Assembly: GCA_964390005.1 (NCBI GenBank)
Contig: CAYMGM010000001.1
Location: forward strand, 129,839-193,838
Reading direction: 5' to 3'
DNA: 64,000 nucleotides
Source: an uncultured Rhodospirillaceae bacterium
GTDB taxonomy: Bacteria; Pseudomonadota; Alphaproteobacteria; UBA9219
Shown: positions 39,135 to 48,385 of the stretch, in pieces
How positions within the stretch are numbered: position 1 is the stretch's first letter
Layout: every line of letters starts with the position of its first letter
Program-made: the position numbers and the translations under genes
The notes under the pieces: model-generated
Seen by the model: the letters and a program-made list of their open reading frames with translations, nothing else
Told to the model about the DNA's origin: nothing
Databases searched by the model: none

Positions 39135-39776
39135 ATGTCAAAACTAATCATTGTAGGCGCGGGGGGCTTTGGCCTTGAGGTCGCCGCCTATGCCGAGGAC
39201 GCGCGCGCGGCACAAGCCGCGCAGCCCGAAATCATCGGCTTCTGCGATGACACAAAACCCAAAGGTGCGCAGCATGCGGGCTATCCCGTCATCGCGAACA
39301 CGGATGATCCCATTGATCCCACCGCGCTTTATATCTTGGCGGTTGGCTTTCCGGCTGCGCGGCGCGCGTTGGCTGAAAAACTGGCGGCTAAAGGGGCCCA
39401 GTTTCATACGCTGATCCACCCGCAAAGCTATGTCGCGCGGACGGCACGCCTTGCGCCGGGATGTATAGTTGTTCCGTTCGCGACGGTGGGGCCGATGGCC
39501 GTTTTGGGTCCGCACACAATGCTGAATTACCATGCGGTCTTTGGCCACGAAGCGCAGGCTGGTGATTTTTGCGTTTTATGCCCGTATGCCTGCGTCCACG
39601 GCACGGCTGTTTTAGAAGACGATGTCTTTATTGGCAGCGGCGGTTATGTCACGCGCGGCTTGCGTATTGGGCAAGGCTCGAAAATTGCCGCAAACGCTGT
39701 CGTTTATAATGATATCCCGCCGGGCGCGTTGGCGCTTGGCAATCCCGCCGTTTGCAGGAAGGAGCCGAACGCATGA
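39135..39776 (+). CDS. NeuD/PglD-family hexapeptide-repeat N-acyltransferase
   Basis: An N-terminal Rossmann-like IIVGAGGFGLEV is followed by left-handed beta-helix hexapeptide repeats (VFIGSGGYV, IGQGSKIAANAVV). 213 aa. Confidence 0.75.
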   Translation: MSKLIIVGAGGFGLEVAAYAEDARAAQAAQPEIIGFCDDTKPKGAQHAGYPVIANTDDPIDPTALYILAVGFPAARRALAEKLAAKGAQFHTLIHPQSYVARTARLAPGCIVVPFATVGPMAVLGPHTMLNYHAVFGHEAQAGDFCVLCPYACVHGTAVLEDDVFIGSGGYVTRGLRIGQGSKIAANAVVYNDIPPGALALGNPAVCRKEPNA

Positions 39777-40411
39777 AATATTCTTTTTCCATTTTGGCGG
39801 CTTTGGTTTTTCTGACGTCTCCGGCGTTCGCTCAGGGCACGACGGCAGCCGATCCTGAGGCGCGCCTGGCCGCTTGTCTGCAACGCGCCGAAGCCTTGCC
39901 CGATCAAACGAAGGTTGAAGCCGATGCATGGCTTAAGAAAGGCGGCGGCGATCGCGCGCAATTGTGCCGGGCTTATGCGCAGCTGCATCGCGGCGATTAT
40001 GTCTCGGCGGCGCAGGGGTTTTTGTTCCTTGCGCAAAAGCGCCCAAAAACAGACCATGTGCAGCGCGCGAAATTGCTTGAACAAGCAGGGCTTGCCTATA
40101 TGCAGGCGCATGAAGCTGGCCATGCCGAAAGTTCCTTTGCGGCGGCTTTGAAAGAAACGCCAGGGCAGGGGGATCTGCTTTACGACCGCGCCAACGCGCG
40201 CGCCGCTGGCGACAAGCTGTGGGAAGCTTTGGACGATCTGAAACTTGTTTTGAAGAAAGAACCCGAAAGGGTCGATGCCTTGCGCCTTTCGGGACATACT
40301 TGGATCAAGCTGGGGTACGAAAGCAAAGGCAAAGCCGATTTGCTGTTGGCCGAGCAATTGGCAACGGGCGGCGATCCGCGCGACAAAAAACAGGATAAGT
40401 CCGCGCCATGA
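39773..40411 (+). CDS. periplasmic TPR-like repeat protein
   Basis: Signal peptide MKYSFSILAALVFLTSPAFAQG, then helical TPR-like repeats. Its start ATGA overlaps the acyltransferase stop. The ORF track starts at 39752. Confidence 0.5.
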   Translation: MKYSFSILAALVFLTSPAFAQGTTAADPEARLAACLQRAEALPDQTKVEADAWLKKGGGDRAQLCRAYAQLHRGDYVSAAQGFLFLAQKRPKTDHVQRAKLLEQAGLAYMQAHEAGHAESSFAAALKETPGQGDLLYDRANARAAGDKLWEALDDLKLVLKKEPERVDALRLSGHTWIKLGYESKGKADLLLAEQLATGGDPRDKKQDKSAP

Positions 40412-41247
40412 TCGTGACGCGCTTTGCGCCAAGCCCGACGGGATATCTGCATCTCGGGCACGCTTATTCGGCTTGTCTGGCCTATGACTTGGCGCAGGAA
40501 AAGGGCGGGCGTTTTATCTTAAGGATTGAAGATATCGACCCCACGCGCTGCAAAGACATCTACGTCCAAGCGTTGCTTGAGGATTTAGCCTGGCTCGGCC
40601 TTGCTTGGGAGACGCCCGTTCGCCGCCAATCCGAACACCTGGCCGATTACGGCGCGGCGCTTGATCGTTTACAGGCGATGGGGCTTTTGTATCCGTGTTT
40701 TTGCACGCGCCAAGATATTCGCGCCGAGGTCGCGGCGGCTTTATCCGCGCCCCAAGGCCCCGATGGCCCTGTTTATCCCGGCGCTTGCAAGCCTTTGTCT
40801 CCCGATGAGGTTGCTGCGCGGCAGCAAGCCGGTATCCCTTTTTCGTGGCGGCTTGATATGGCGCGCGCCTGCCGGATGGCCCCCAGCCTGTCGTGGCAGG
40901 AAGAAAACCAAGGCCCGATTGCGGCGCGCCCCGAAGCTTTTGGCGATATTGTTTTGGCGCGTAAAGAATGCCCCACCAGCTATCACCTAAGCGTGACGGT
41001 TGACGATGCGCTTCAAGGCGTGACCGATATTGTCCGTGGCCAAGATTTGTTCGCGGCCACGGCCATCCATCGTTTGTTGCAGGTTTTGTTGGATCTTCCC
41101 GCGCCGCGCTATCATCATCACCGACTTTTATGCGGGCCCGACGGCAAACGCCTTGCCAAACGCGATCACGCCAAAGCCTTGCGCACATTACGCGCCGAAG
41201 GCCTGACACCCAGCGATGTTCGGCAGCTTTTCGTTACGGCAAAATAA
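40408..41247 (+). CDS. gluQ: glutamyl-Q tRNA(Asp) synthetase (truncated GluRS paralog)
   Basis: HLGH motif in TRFAPSPTGYLHLGHAYSA, an RIEDID motif and a KLAKRD (KMSKS-like) motif. 279 aa, with no anticodon-binding domain. Confidence 0.85.
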   Translation: MIVTRFAPSPTGYLHLGHAYSACLAYDLAQEKGGRFILRIEDIDPTRCKDIYVQALLEDLAWLGLAWETPVRRQSEHLADYGAALDRLQAMGLLYPCFCTRQDIRAEVAAALSAPQGPDGPVYPGACKPLSPDEVAARQQAGIPFSWRLDMARACRMAPSLSWQEENQGPIAARPEAFGDIVLARKECPTSYHLSVTVDDALQGVTDIVRGQDLFAATAIHRLLQVLLDLPAPRYHHHRLLCGPDGKRLAKRDHAKALRTLRAEGLTPSDVRQLFVTAK

Positions 41248-41255
41248 GCTTGCGC

Positions 41256-42131
41256 TTATTCGATCGGATCGCCCTTCAGCGGCGCTAACGCCGCTTCGAT
41301 CGCGGCAAAGCCGGGATGCGAAGACGTCAAAATGCCGTGCCGGATCAGAAAATCGATCAGAACAAGATTGCAGTTGAACTTGAACTTGTCTGAATCATGC
41401 ACAATGGCCGCGACTTCTTTGGCGGGCATCAGATAAAAACCGGCAACTTCGCCATCTTTGTTCCGCGGCAAGAAATCTTCCGGCAGCTTCAAATCAAAGA
41501 CAGCCAGCGTGTCATAGCGCAAGCCGTTCTGGCGGTCGATTTTATAGGTCAGCGTGCCAGCGGCTTTGGCGGTTTTGGCCAAACGTTCATCCATGCCCGC
41601 TTCTTCATAGGCTTCCTTGGCCAGATTATCGCGCATGGAAAGGCCCATCGGCACGCCGCCCGCGATGATATGATCTAACAGGCCGGGATCCAGCGGACGG
41701 TCTTTGGCGCGTTCGCCAATCCAGATATAAAGGCCGTCTTCTTTGTGAACATAGCCGTTCACATGCAACCCATAGGCATGAACGCCAAAATACGGCACGG
41801 CGGCGCGGTCTAACTTGGCCACCGGCTCGTCGCCCCAGTTTTGATAAACGGGGTACATTTCGTTGCGTTCGCGCGTGCCATAATGCTGGGTCAGCTTGTC
41901 GGTCGCGCGCGCCAAAGCGCGGCTGCGGCTAAAGAAATCGTTGTGCGCGTCGGCCAACGAGACAGCGCTGTCGCTGACGTCGAAATCTTGTGGCATTTGC
42001 GCCAATTGCGCTGCCGTTTCCGCCGTGACAGAGCCATAAACTGTGCCGTCGATTAAAAAGGGCCGAAAGGCCGCGTCATCATGAGCGGTGCAGGCTTGAA
42101 TGTGGCGCAGGAAGCTTTTCTCCTGAGTCAT
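41256..42131 (-). CDS. NUDIX-domain hydrolase (DUF4743-NUDIX type)
   Basis: 291 aa. A Nudix box-like segment GGVPMGLSMRDNLAKEAYEEAGM (GX5EX7REUXEEXGU-like). Confidence 0.55.
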   Translation of the reverse strand: MTQEKSFLRHIQACTAHDDAAFRPFLIDGTVYGSVTAETAAQLAQMPQDFDVSDSAVSLADAHNDFFSRSRALARATDKLTQHYGTRERNEMYPVYQNWGDEPVAKLDRAAVPYFGVHAYGLHVNGYVHKEDGLYIWIGERAKDRPLDPGLLDHIIAGGVPMGLSMRDNLAKEAYEEAGMDERLAKTAKAAGTLTYKIDRQNGLRYDTLAVFDLKLPEDFLPRNKDGEVAGFYLMPAKEVAAIVHDSDKFKFNCNLVLIDFLIRHGILTSSHPGFAAIEAALAPLKGDPIE

Positions 42132-42159
42132 ATGTTTCTCTCCCTTGATCTTACGTTCG

Positions 42160-42942
42160 TTATCCGACGCGGTGCGCCATTAATTTTTTTAATTCGGCTA
42201 TGGCTTTAGCAGGATTTAGGCCCTTTGGGCAAGTGTTGGTGCAATTGAGAATAGTATGGCACCTGAAAGCTTGGAACGGATCTTCCAATTGGTCAAGTCT
42301 TTCGGCGGCATTGTCGTCACGGCTATCGACGACCCAGCGATAAGCCTGCAGCATGACGGCGGGCCCAAGATAGCGGTCGCCATTCCAGAAATAGCTGGGG
42401 CAACTGGTCGAGCAGCACATGCAGAAAATGCATTCATAAAGGCCGTCCAGCAAGGCGCGCTCTTCCGGCGATTGCAGACGTTCTTGATCCGGCGGGGGCG
42501 TGGTGTCGTTTTGCAGCCAAGGCTTGATCGAGGCCAACTGGGCGTAAGCATGGTTCATATCCGGAACCAGATCCTTGACCACCTTCATGTGCGGCAAGGG
42601 ATAGATGCGCACATCGCCGCGCACGCTGTCGATAGGCTTGGTGCAAGCCAGCGTGTTGGTGCCGTCGATATTCATGGCGCACGATCCGCAAATGCCTTCG
42701 CGGCACGATTTGCGGAAGGTCAAAGTCCCGTCGATCTGGCCTTTGATATAAATCAAAGCGTCCAGTACCATCGGCCCGCATTTATCCAGATCAATCGTAT
42801 AGCTGTCGAGGCGCGGTTGATCGCCAAAATCGGGCGACCAACGATAGATTTTAAAGGTCTTCGAACGCTTAGCGCCTTCCGAGGCGTCGATGACGCGACC
42901 TTTAACAATTTTTGAATTGGCGGGAAGAAGAAACTCGACCAT
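42160..42942 (-). CDS. sdhB: succinate dehydrogenase iron-sulfur subunit
   Basis: [11 protein letters not shown] ([2Fe-2S]) plus two Cys clusters, [12 protein letters not shown] and [13 protein letters not shown]. 260 aa. Confidence 0.95.
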   Translation of the reverse strand: MVEFLLPANSKIVKGRVIDASEGAKRSKTFKIYRWSPDFGDQPRLDSYTIDLDKCGPMVLDALIYIKGQIDGTLTFRKSCREGICGSCAMNIDGTNTLACTKPIDSVRGDVRIYPLPHMKVVKDLVPDMNHAYAQLASIKPWLQNDTTPPPDQERLQSPEERALLDGLYECIFCMCCSTSCPSYFWNGDRYLGPAVMLQAYRWVVDSRDDNAAERLDQLEDPFQAFRCHTILNCTNTCPKGLNPAKAIAELKKLMAHRVG

Positions 42943-42961
42943 CTATCAATCCTGTTTCGGC

Positions 42962-44725
42962 TTAGTAAACGCGGGCTTCGGGTTGGATCGTCTCGATCTC
43001 GTCCGACAGAGGGCGCAGTTGAACGGGGCGATAGCCGATGGCTGTGCTGCCATCGCTACCGACTTGAATCAGCGTGTGCTTCATCCAATTGGCATCGTCG
43101 CGCTGCGGGAAATCTTCGCGCGCATGCGCCCCGCGCGATTCCGTGCGTGACGCAGCGGCATCGACGGTCGCCAAGGCTTGGTAAAGCAAATTGTCCAGCT
43201 CAAGCGTCTCCAGCAGTTCCGAATTCCAAACCATCGACCGGTCGGAAAGGCCCAGATCCACTTTCTTGGCAAAAGCGGTGCGGATTTGCGCTTGCGCTTT
43301 TTCCAAAATGGGACCGGTGCGGAAAACGCTGCATTCAGTTTGCATGATCTGCTGCATCTCTTGACGCAGATCGGCGGGTTTGACGGGGCCTTTGGCGGTC
43401 CGATAAAAATCGAGACGCGCGACAGCTTCGTCGCCTGCGCCTTGCGGCAAATCGGCATGCGGCGCGCCCGGCGCGATCAGCTCGGCAGCGCGCTGCGCCG
43501 CGGCACGGCCAAACACAATGATATCCAGCAGCGAGTTCGATCCCAAACGGTTGGCGCCATGAACCGACACGCAAGCCGTCTCGCCAATCGCCATCAAGCC
43601 CGGCACGTCAGGCACTTCGCCATGCAGGCTCGATGGAATGCCGCCCATGCAATAATGCACCGTCGGCACAATAGGAATAGGCGCTTTGGTCACATCGACG
43701 CCCGCAAAAATCTGAGACGTCTCTGTAATGCCGGGCAGGCGCTCTTGGATAATCTTGGGGTCCAGATGCTCGATGTGCAAATGCATGTGGTCTTTGTTGG
43801 GGCCGCAACCGCGGCCTTCGCGGATCTCAATCGTCATCGCGCGGCTGACCACGTCGCGGCTGGCCAAATCTTTGGCTTTAGGTGCGTAACGCTCCATAAA
43901 GCGCTCGCCCAGCGCATTGGTGATATAGCCGCCTTCGCCGCGCACGCCTTCGGTGATCAAGCAACCCGTGCCATAAAGGCCGGTGGGGTGGAATTGAACA
44001 AACTCCATATCCTGAAGTGGCAGACCAGCGCGCAAAACCATGCCGTTGCCGTCGCCGGTGCAGGTGTGCGCCGCTGTGGTCGAAGCAAAAGCGCGGCCAT
44101 AGCCGCCCGTCGCCAAAACGGTTTGATGCGCGCGGAAGCGGTGAAGCGTGCCGTCGTCAAGATTCCAAGCCATCACGCCGCGGCAAACGCCATCGGCATC
44201 GATGATAAGATCCAAAACAAAATATTCGATAAAGAAGGTCGTGCCATGCTTCAGCGCCTGCTGATACAGCGTATGCAAAATCGCATGACCTGTGCGGTCG
44301 GCGGCGGCGCAGGTGCGCTTGGCCGTGTGCTTGCCATAATGCGTCGTCATACCGCCAAAGGCGCGCTGATAAATCCGGCCTTCCGGCGTGCGGCTGAAGG
44401 GTACGCCGTAATGTTCCAATTCAATGACGGCGGGGATAGCCTCGCGGCACATATATTCAATCGCGTCTTGATCGCCTAGCCAATCGGACCCTTTGACCGT
44501 GTCGTATACGTGCCAACGCCAATCGTCTTCGCCCGCATTGCCAAAAGCCGCGCCAATACCGCCTTGCGCCGCGACCGTGTGGCTGCGCGTCGGAAAGATC
44601 TTGGACAGACAGGCCGTCTTTAATCCTTTTTCCGCCATGCCAAAGGCTGCGCGTAACCCAGCGCCGCCCGCGCCCACGACGACGACATCGAAAGTGTGAT
44701 CGATAATGGTATAGGCTTGCGTCAC
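42962..44725 (-). CDS. sdhA: succinate dehydrogenase flavoprotein subunit
   Basis: FAD-binding [14 protein letters not shown], the covalent-FAD His region [10 protein letters not shown], and an HGANRLG motif. 587 aa. Confidence 0.95.
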   Translation of the reverse strand: MTQAYTIIDHTFDVVVVGAGGAGLRAAFGMAEKGLKTACLSKIFPTRSHTVAAQGGIGAAFGNAGEDDWRWHVYDTVKGSDWLGDQDAIEYMCREAIPAVIELEHYGVPFSRTPEGRIYQRAFGGMTTHYGKHTAKRTCAAADRTGHAILHTLYQQALKHGTTFFIEYFVLDLIIDADGVCRGVMAWNLDDGTLHRFRAHQTVLATGGYGRAFASTTAAHTCTGDGNGMVLRAGLPLQDMEFVQFHPTGLYGTGCLITEGVRGEGGYITNALGERFMERYAPKAKDLASRDVVSRAMTIEIREGRGCGPNKDHMHLHIEHLDPKIIQERLPGITETSQIFAGVDVTKAPIPIVPTVHYCMGGIPSSLHGEVPDVPGLMAIGETACVSVHGANRLGSNSLLDIIVFGRAAAQRAAELIAPGAPHADLPQGAGDEAVARLDFYRTAKGPVKPADLRQEMQQIMQTECSVFRTGPILEKAQAQIRTAFAKKVDLGLSDRSMVWNSELLETLELDNLLYQALATVDAAASRTESRGAHAREDFPQRDDANWMKHTLIQVGSDGSTAIGYRPVQLRPLSDEIETIQPEARVY

Positions 44726-44729
44726 GGGA

Positions 44730-45140
44730 TCAGGCTCCTACAAAAACTTTGATAACAGCCAAAAGGCTTGAAAAGGCGATAAGGACAGCGGCAAACCGAA
44801 CGGCCAAAACTGCCAAAAGGTTAAGGGCCGGATCATGCACATAATCTTCGACAATGCCCAAAATGCCGTTCGCGCCGTGCCAAATGCCGACAAAGATCAT
44901 CAGCAGCAAGAACAAAGCATTCGGCCCGAATTGCAACCAAGCCACGGCGTCGTCATAGCCGCTGCCCAGCAGCACTTGATGGACAAAGCTGAAAAGGCTG
45001 TACAAAACAAGCGGGATCAAGGCGACAGACAAATATTGCTGCGTCAGCCAATGATGCGTGCCACTGCGGGCCGAGCCGCGGCCTTTGGCGCGGGTTAGGG
45101 GATCTTGGCGGCTTGTGGCGGGATTGGGTATCAGGGCCAT
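44730..45140 (-). CDS. sdhD: succinate dehydrogenase membrane anchor subunit
   Basis: Three TM helices with a heme-ligand His context (HHW...). It is positioned between sdhC and sdhA. The start is placed at MALIPNP, whereas the ORF track gives 45173. Confidence 0.65.
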   Translation of the reverse strand: MALIPNPATSRQDPLTRAKGRGSARSGTHHWLTQQYLSVALIPLVLYSLFSFVHQVLLGSGYDDAVAWLQFGPNALFLLLMIFVGIWHGANGILGIVEDYVHDPALNLLAVLAVRFAAVLIAFSSLLAVIKVFVGA

Positions 45141-45580
45141 GAGATCACCCCATTGAGAAAGATAAAGGCCCAAAGGCCAAGCGTCGCCAAAGCCGAAACG
45201 GCGGCGGCGATATAACCAGATTTATAAATGGCGGGGAGTGTCAGACAAGCGCCAACGTCCCACAGCAAATGGCGGACGCCGCAGCACATATGATAGAACA
45301 GCCCCCAGCTCCAAGCCGCGATGAACAGAACGGCGATAGGATGAGATAAAATCTTGGCATAGGTGGCATAAGCTTCAGGCCCCATGGCGATAGAGATCAG
45401 CCAAGAAACCAACAGCGCAATGCCCCCCGCCAAACAAAATCCGGTCACGCGATGAATGATCGACATCAGCGAGGTCAGCTGCGGTTTATAGATGCTCAGG
45501 TGAGGCGACAAAGGCCGATCGGTTTGTTTGACGCGCGGCAAGGGCAGCGGCTGAGGCGCCTGTTCATCAAGAGGAGGCAT
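45131..45580 (-). CDS. sdhC: succinate dehydrogenase cytochrome b556 subunit
   Basis: RPLSPHLSIYKPQLTSLMSIIHRVTG is the SdhC signature. Three TM helices. It is the first gene of sdhCDAB. Confidence 0.8.
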   Translation of the reverse strand: MPPLDEQAPQPLPLPRVKQTDRPLSPHLSIYKPQLTSLMSIIHRVTGFCLAGGIALLVSWLISIAMGPEAYATYAKILSHPIAVLFIAAWSWGLFYHMCCGVRHLLWDVGACLTLPAIYKSGYIAAAVSALATLGLWAFIFLNGVISWP

Positions 45581-45677
45581 AGGGGGTCTCTATGTTAAAG
45601 GCGCGGCCAGCGCGCCCGATTGGATTCGATTGACCGGCATCCTAAGGAAACATCGGCTTGATCGCAAGTTTATTGAT

Positions 45678-45718
45678 CAAAAGACAAGAAAAACAAACGG
45701 CCACGTCAAGACGTGGCC
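45678..45718 (-). terminator. rho-independent terminator (minus strand)
   Basis: Hairpin GGCCACGTC-TTG-ACGTGGCC followed on the minus strand by GTTTGTTTTTCTTGTCTTTTG. Confidence 0.65.
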
Positions 45719-45744
45719 GCTGCAAAACGCAAGACAAACCAAGA

Positions 45745-45930
45745 TTAAGCGGTGATATCCACTTGTGATCCGCGGCCCGTTTCGGCGGGTGGCGGCGTCG
45801 GCTCTTCTTTAACTTCGACAGGCTCAGGCCTCGGTTGCTGTTGAGAAGCCGTTTCTTGCTGACGGCGGATTGTCTCAAGCTGGCCCGAGACGGCCCCTTG
45901 TGAAGAGCTAATATTCGATAGTCCAGCCAT
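45745..45930 (-). CDS. small YjfB-like (putative motility) protein
   Basis: 61 aa. The MAGLSNISSS N-terminus, a Gln-rich middle and a GSQVDITA C-terminus resemble the YjfB family pattern. It has its own terminator. Low confidence. Confidence 0.35.
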   Translation of the reverse strand: MAGLSNISSSQGAVSGQLETIRRQQETASQQQPRPEPVEVKEEPTPPPAETGRGSQVDITA

Positions 45931-46178
45931 GAGACCCCTCCCTAGCTTTGTTACAGTTACCTATTATCCACCATTTCTCTTACGAAATGAATAAGAGAAC
46001 ATAAGTCATGCCTAGCCATTTGTAAAATAATGATATTTTTCAATATCAAAACACACATTTGTTGGTAAAAGCTGCGTGAATCAGGTTTAAAGCCCATGAT
46101 TCCTTGCGAAAAAAGGCGTTTTGTGCCAAAAAGTTGCTTGAAAAGGCTCCAGCAAAAAACAAAGAAAAAGGGAATTTC

Positions 46179-47285
46179 ATGAAAGTCGCCGTCGTTCACG
46201 AATGGCTGACCACAAAAGCGGGATCAGAATCTGTCATTGAACAAATACTGACCTTGTATCCGGAAGCCGATTTGTTTGTTTTAGTTGATTTTTTGCCCGA
46301 AGCGGATCGCGCTTTTCTGGCTGGCCACAGGATCAAAACATCTTTCATCCAGAACTTACCTTTTGCGCACAAAAAATACCGTTCTTATTTGCCGCTGATG
46401 CCGCTGGCGGTTGAGCAGTTTGATTTGTCGGGCTACGACCTTGTTATCAGCTCGTCGCATGCGGTGGCCAAAGGGGTGCTGACAGGCCCCGATCAAGTTC
46501 ATATTTCCTATGTTCACAGTCCCATTCGCTATGCGTGGGATCTTCAACACATCTATTTGCGCGAGTCAGGGCTTACCAAAGGCCTGCGCGGTATCTTGGC
46601 TAAATTGATTTTACATTATATGCGCCTGTGGGATTGCCGTACCGCTTGTGGCGTCGATCAGTTTGTCGCGAACTCAAACTACATCGCGCGGCGGATTAAA
46701 AAGGTCTATGGCAGGTCGGCGCAAGTTGTTTATCCGCCGGTCCATTTAGATAAGTATATTGCTGGCACGCAGCCGCGCGAAGATTTTTATTTGGCGGTGT
46801 CGCGCTTTGTGCCTTACAAAAAGATGTCGTTGATCGTCGAAGCTTTCACGCGCTTGCCTGATCGGCGCTTGATCGTCATCGGCGACGGCCCAGATTTGAA
46901 AAGCGCAAAAGAGCAAGCGAGCGCAAACGTGACCTTTCTTGGCTACCAAGCGCAAGATGTTGTGATCGATCACATGCAACGCGCCAAAGCCTTTGTCTTT
47001 GCGGCCGAAGAAGATTTTGGCATCGCCCCGGTCGAGGCGCAAGGCTGCGGCACGCCCGTGATAGCCTTTGGCCGCGGCGGCGCAACCGAAACGGTCGTTG
47101 ATGGTCAAACAGGCGTGTTGTTTCCCGAGCAAACGCCTGAATCCCTGATCGAGGCGATTAAAAAGTTTGAGGTCCTCGCGCCGCAACTCAAGGCGACAAC
47201 CATCCGTGAAAATGCCGAGCGTTTCAGCGTCGCACGTTTCAAGGAAGGCATTCAAAAGATCGTCGACGAAGCGATGAAAGCGTAA
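46179..47285 (+). CDS. glycosyltransferase family 4
   Basis: GT-B fold. The C-terminal EDFGIAPVEAQGCGTPVIA motif (E-x7-E). The start is placed at MKVAVVHEWL, whereas the ORF track gives 46104. Confidence 0.8.
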   Translation: MKVAVVHEWLTTKAGSESVIEQILTLYPEADLFVLVDFLPEADRAFLAGHRIKTSFIQNLPFAHKKYRSYLPLMPLAVEQFDLSGYDLVISSSHAVAKGVLTGPDQVHISYVHSPIRYAWDLQHIYLRESGLTKGLRGILAKLILHYMRLWDCRTACGVDQFVANSNYIARRIKKVYGRSAQVVYPPVHLDKYIAGTQPREDFYLAVSRFVPYKKMSLIVEAFTRLPDRRLIVIGDGPDLKSAKEQASANVTFLGYQAQDVVIDHMQRAKAFVFAAEEDFGIAPVEAQGCGTPVIAFGRGGATETVVDGQTGVLFPEQTPESLIEAIKKFEVLAPQLKATTIRENAERFSVARFKEGIQKIVDEAMKA

Positions 47286-47294
47286 CGGCCCCTT

Positions 47295-48380
47295 ATGCGT
47301 CTTCCCCTTTACATCAATGCGCGTTTTCTTGGCAAACCGATCACGGGCACGCAGCGTTTTGCGCATGAGATTATAGCTGCCCTCGATAAAAAAATAGGTG
47401 AGGGCGCACAAGTTTTCTCGAAGGTCGTGTTACTGGCGCCTTCTGGGACGCCGCAGCCGACGGGGCTTGAGCCTATTGGCTTTCAAACATGCGGCCATCT
47501 ACAAGGCCATTTGTGGGAGCAATGGGATTTGTGGCGTGCCAGCCATGACGGCCTGCTGCTCAGCCTGACGAATAGCGGCCCCGTGTGCCACCCGCGGCAT
47601 TTGGTCGTCATTCATGATGCGTTGGTTTACCGGTTGCCCGAAAACTACGCTTGGGCCTATCGCTTGTTTCACCAGAATCTTGGGCGTCTTTTGGCGCGTC
47701 GCGCGCGCGTTGGCACGGTCTCGGCCTTTTCGGCCTCTGAACTAGCCGCCGTCTTTCACGGCCAATCATCGGACTACCCCGTTTTTTACGATGGCTTCGA
47801 TCACATTCTGCGCCTGACGGAAGAGCCCGCCATCCTTGATCGCCTGAACCTGCGCGGTAAACGCTTTTTCCTTTTTGTCGGCTCGCACGTTCCCAACAAA
47901 AACCTAGCCCGCGCGATCCAAGCGTTTATGGCGCTGAAAGACGACACGCTTTCATTTGTGATTGTCGGCTCAACACAATCAAAGGTTTTTGCCGCGACGC
48001 AACTTCAACTACCACCGACGGTCTTGATGCCGGGGCGCTTGACGGATGGCGAGATCGTCGCGCTTTATCGTCATGCTTATGCGCTGGTTTTTCCAAGCTT
48101 GTACGAAGGTTTTGGTATTCCGCCGTTGGAAGCGTTGACGTTGGGCTGCCCCGTGATTGCCTCGCGCATCGCGCCGGTCCAAGAAGTGTGCGGCGAGGCT
48201 GCCAAATATTTTGATCCGTTAGATACCGCGGATATGGCGGCGCAACTGCGCGCGAGTCTTAATGATCCCGCCTGGCGCACAGCCTGTGTGGCAAAGGGTA
48301 AGCAGCGCTTGCCAAACTTCACATGGCGCGCAAGCGCCGAGAAAATATGGCAAGAATTGCTATTCATGAAGAAGGATTGA
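47295..48380 (+). CDS. glycosyltransferase family 4
   Basis: EGFGIPPLEALTLGCPVIAS, the GT4 E-x7-E motif. 361 aa. Confidence 0.8.
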   Translation: MRLPLYINARFLGKPITGTQRFAHEIIAALDKKIGEGAQVFSKVVLLAPSGTPQPTGLEPIGFQTCGHLQGHLWEQWDLWRASHDGLLLSLTNSGPVCHPRHLVVIHDALVYRLPENYAWAYRLFHQNLGRLLARRARVGTVSAFSASELAAVFHGQSSDYPVFYDGFDHILRLTEEPAILDRLNLRGKRFFLFVGSHVPNKNLARAIQAFMALKDDTLSFVIVGSTQSKVFAATQLQLPPTVLMPGRLTDGEIVALYRHAYALVFPSLYEGFGIPPLEALTLGCPVIASRIAPVQEVCGEAAKYFDPLDTADMAAQLRASLNDPAWRTACVAKGKQRLPNFTWRASAEKIWQELLFMKKD

Positions 48381-48385
48381 TGGTG

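Noticed and set aside
39704-41209. Minus-strand ORFs 39704-40432 (242 aa) and 40514-41209 (231 aa)
   Set aside because: They are antisense to the TPR and gluQ genes. gluQ has HLGH and KLAKRD-type motifs on the plus strand.
43178-44479. 433-aa plus-strand ORF
   Set aside because: It is antisense to sdhA (unambiguous flavoprotein motifs on the minus strand), and its translation has low complexity and is Arg/Ala-rich.
46746-47411. 221-aa minus-strand ORF
   Set aside because: It is antisense to the GT4 glycosyltransferase gene, which has an E-x7-E motif on the plus strand.
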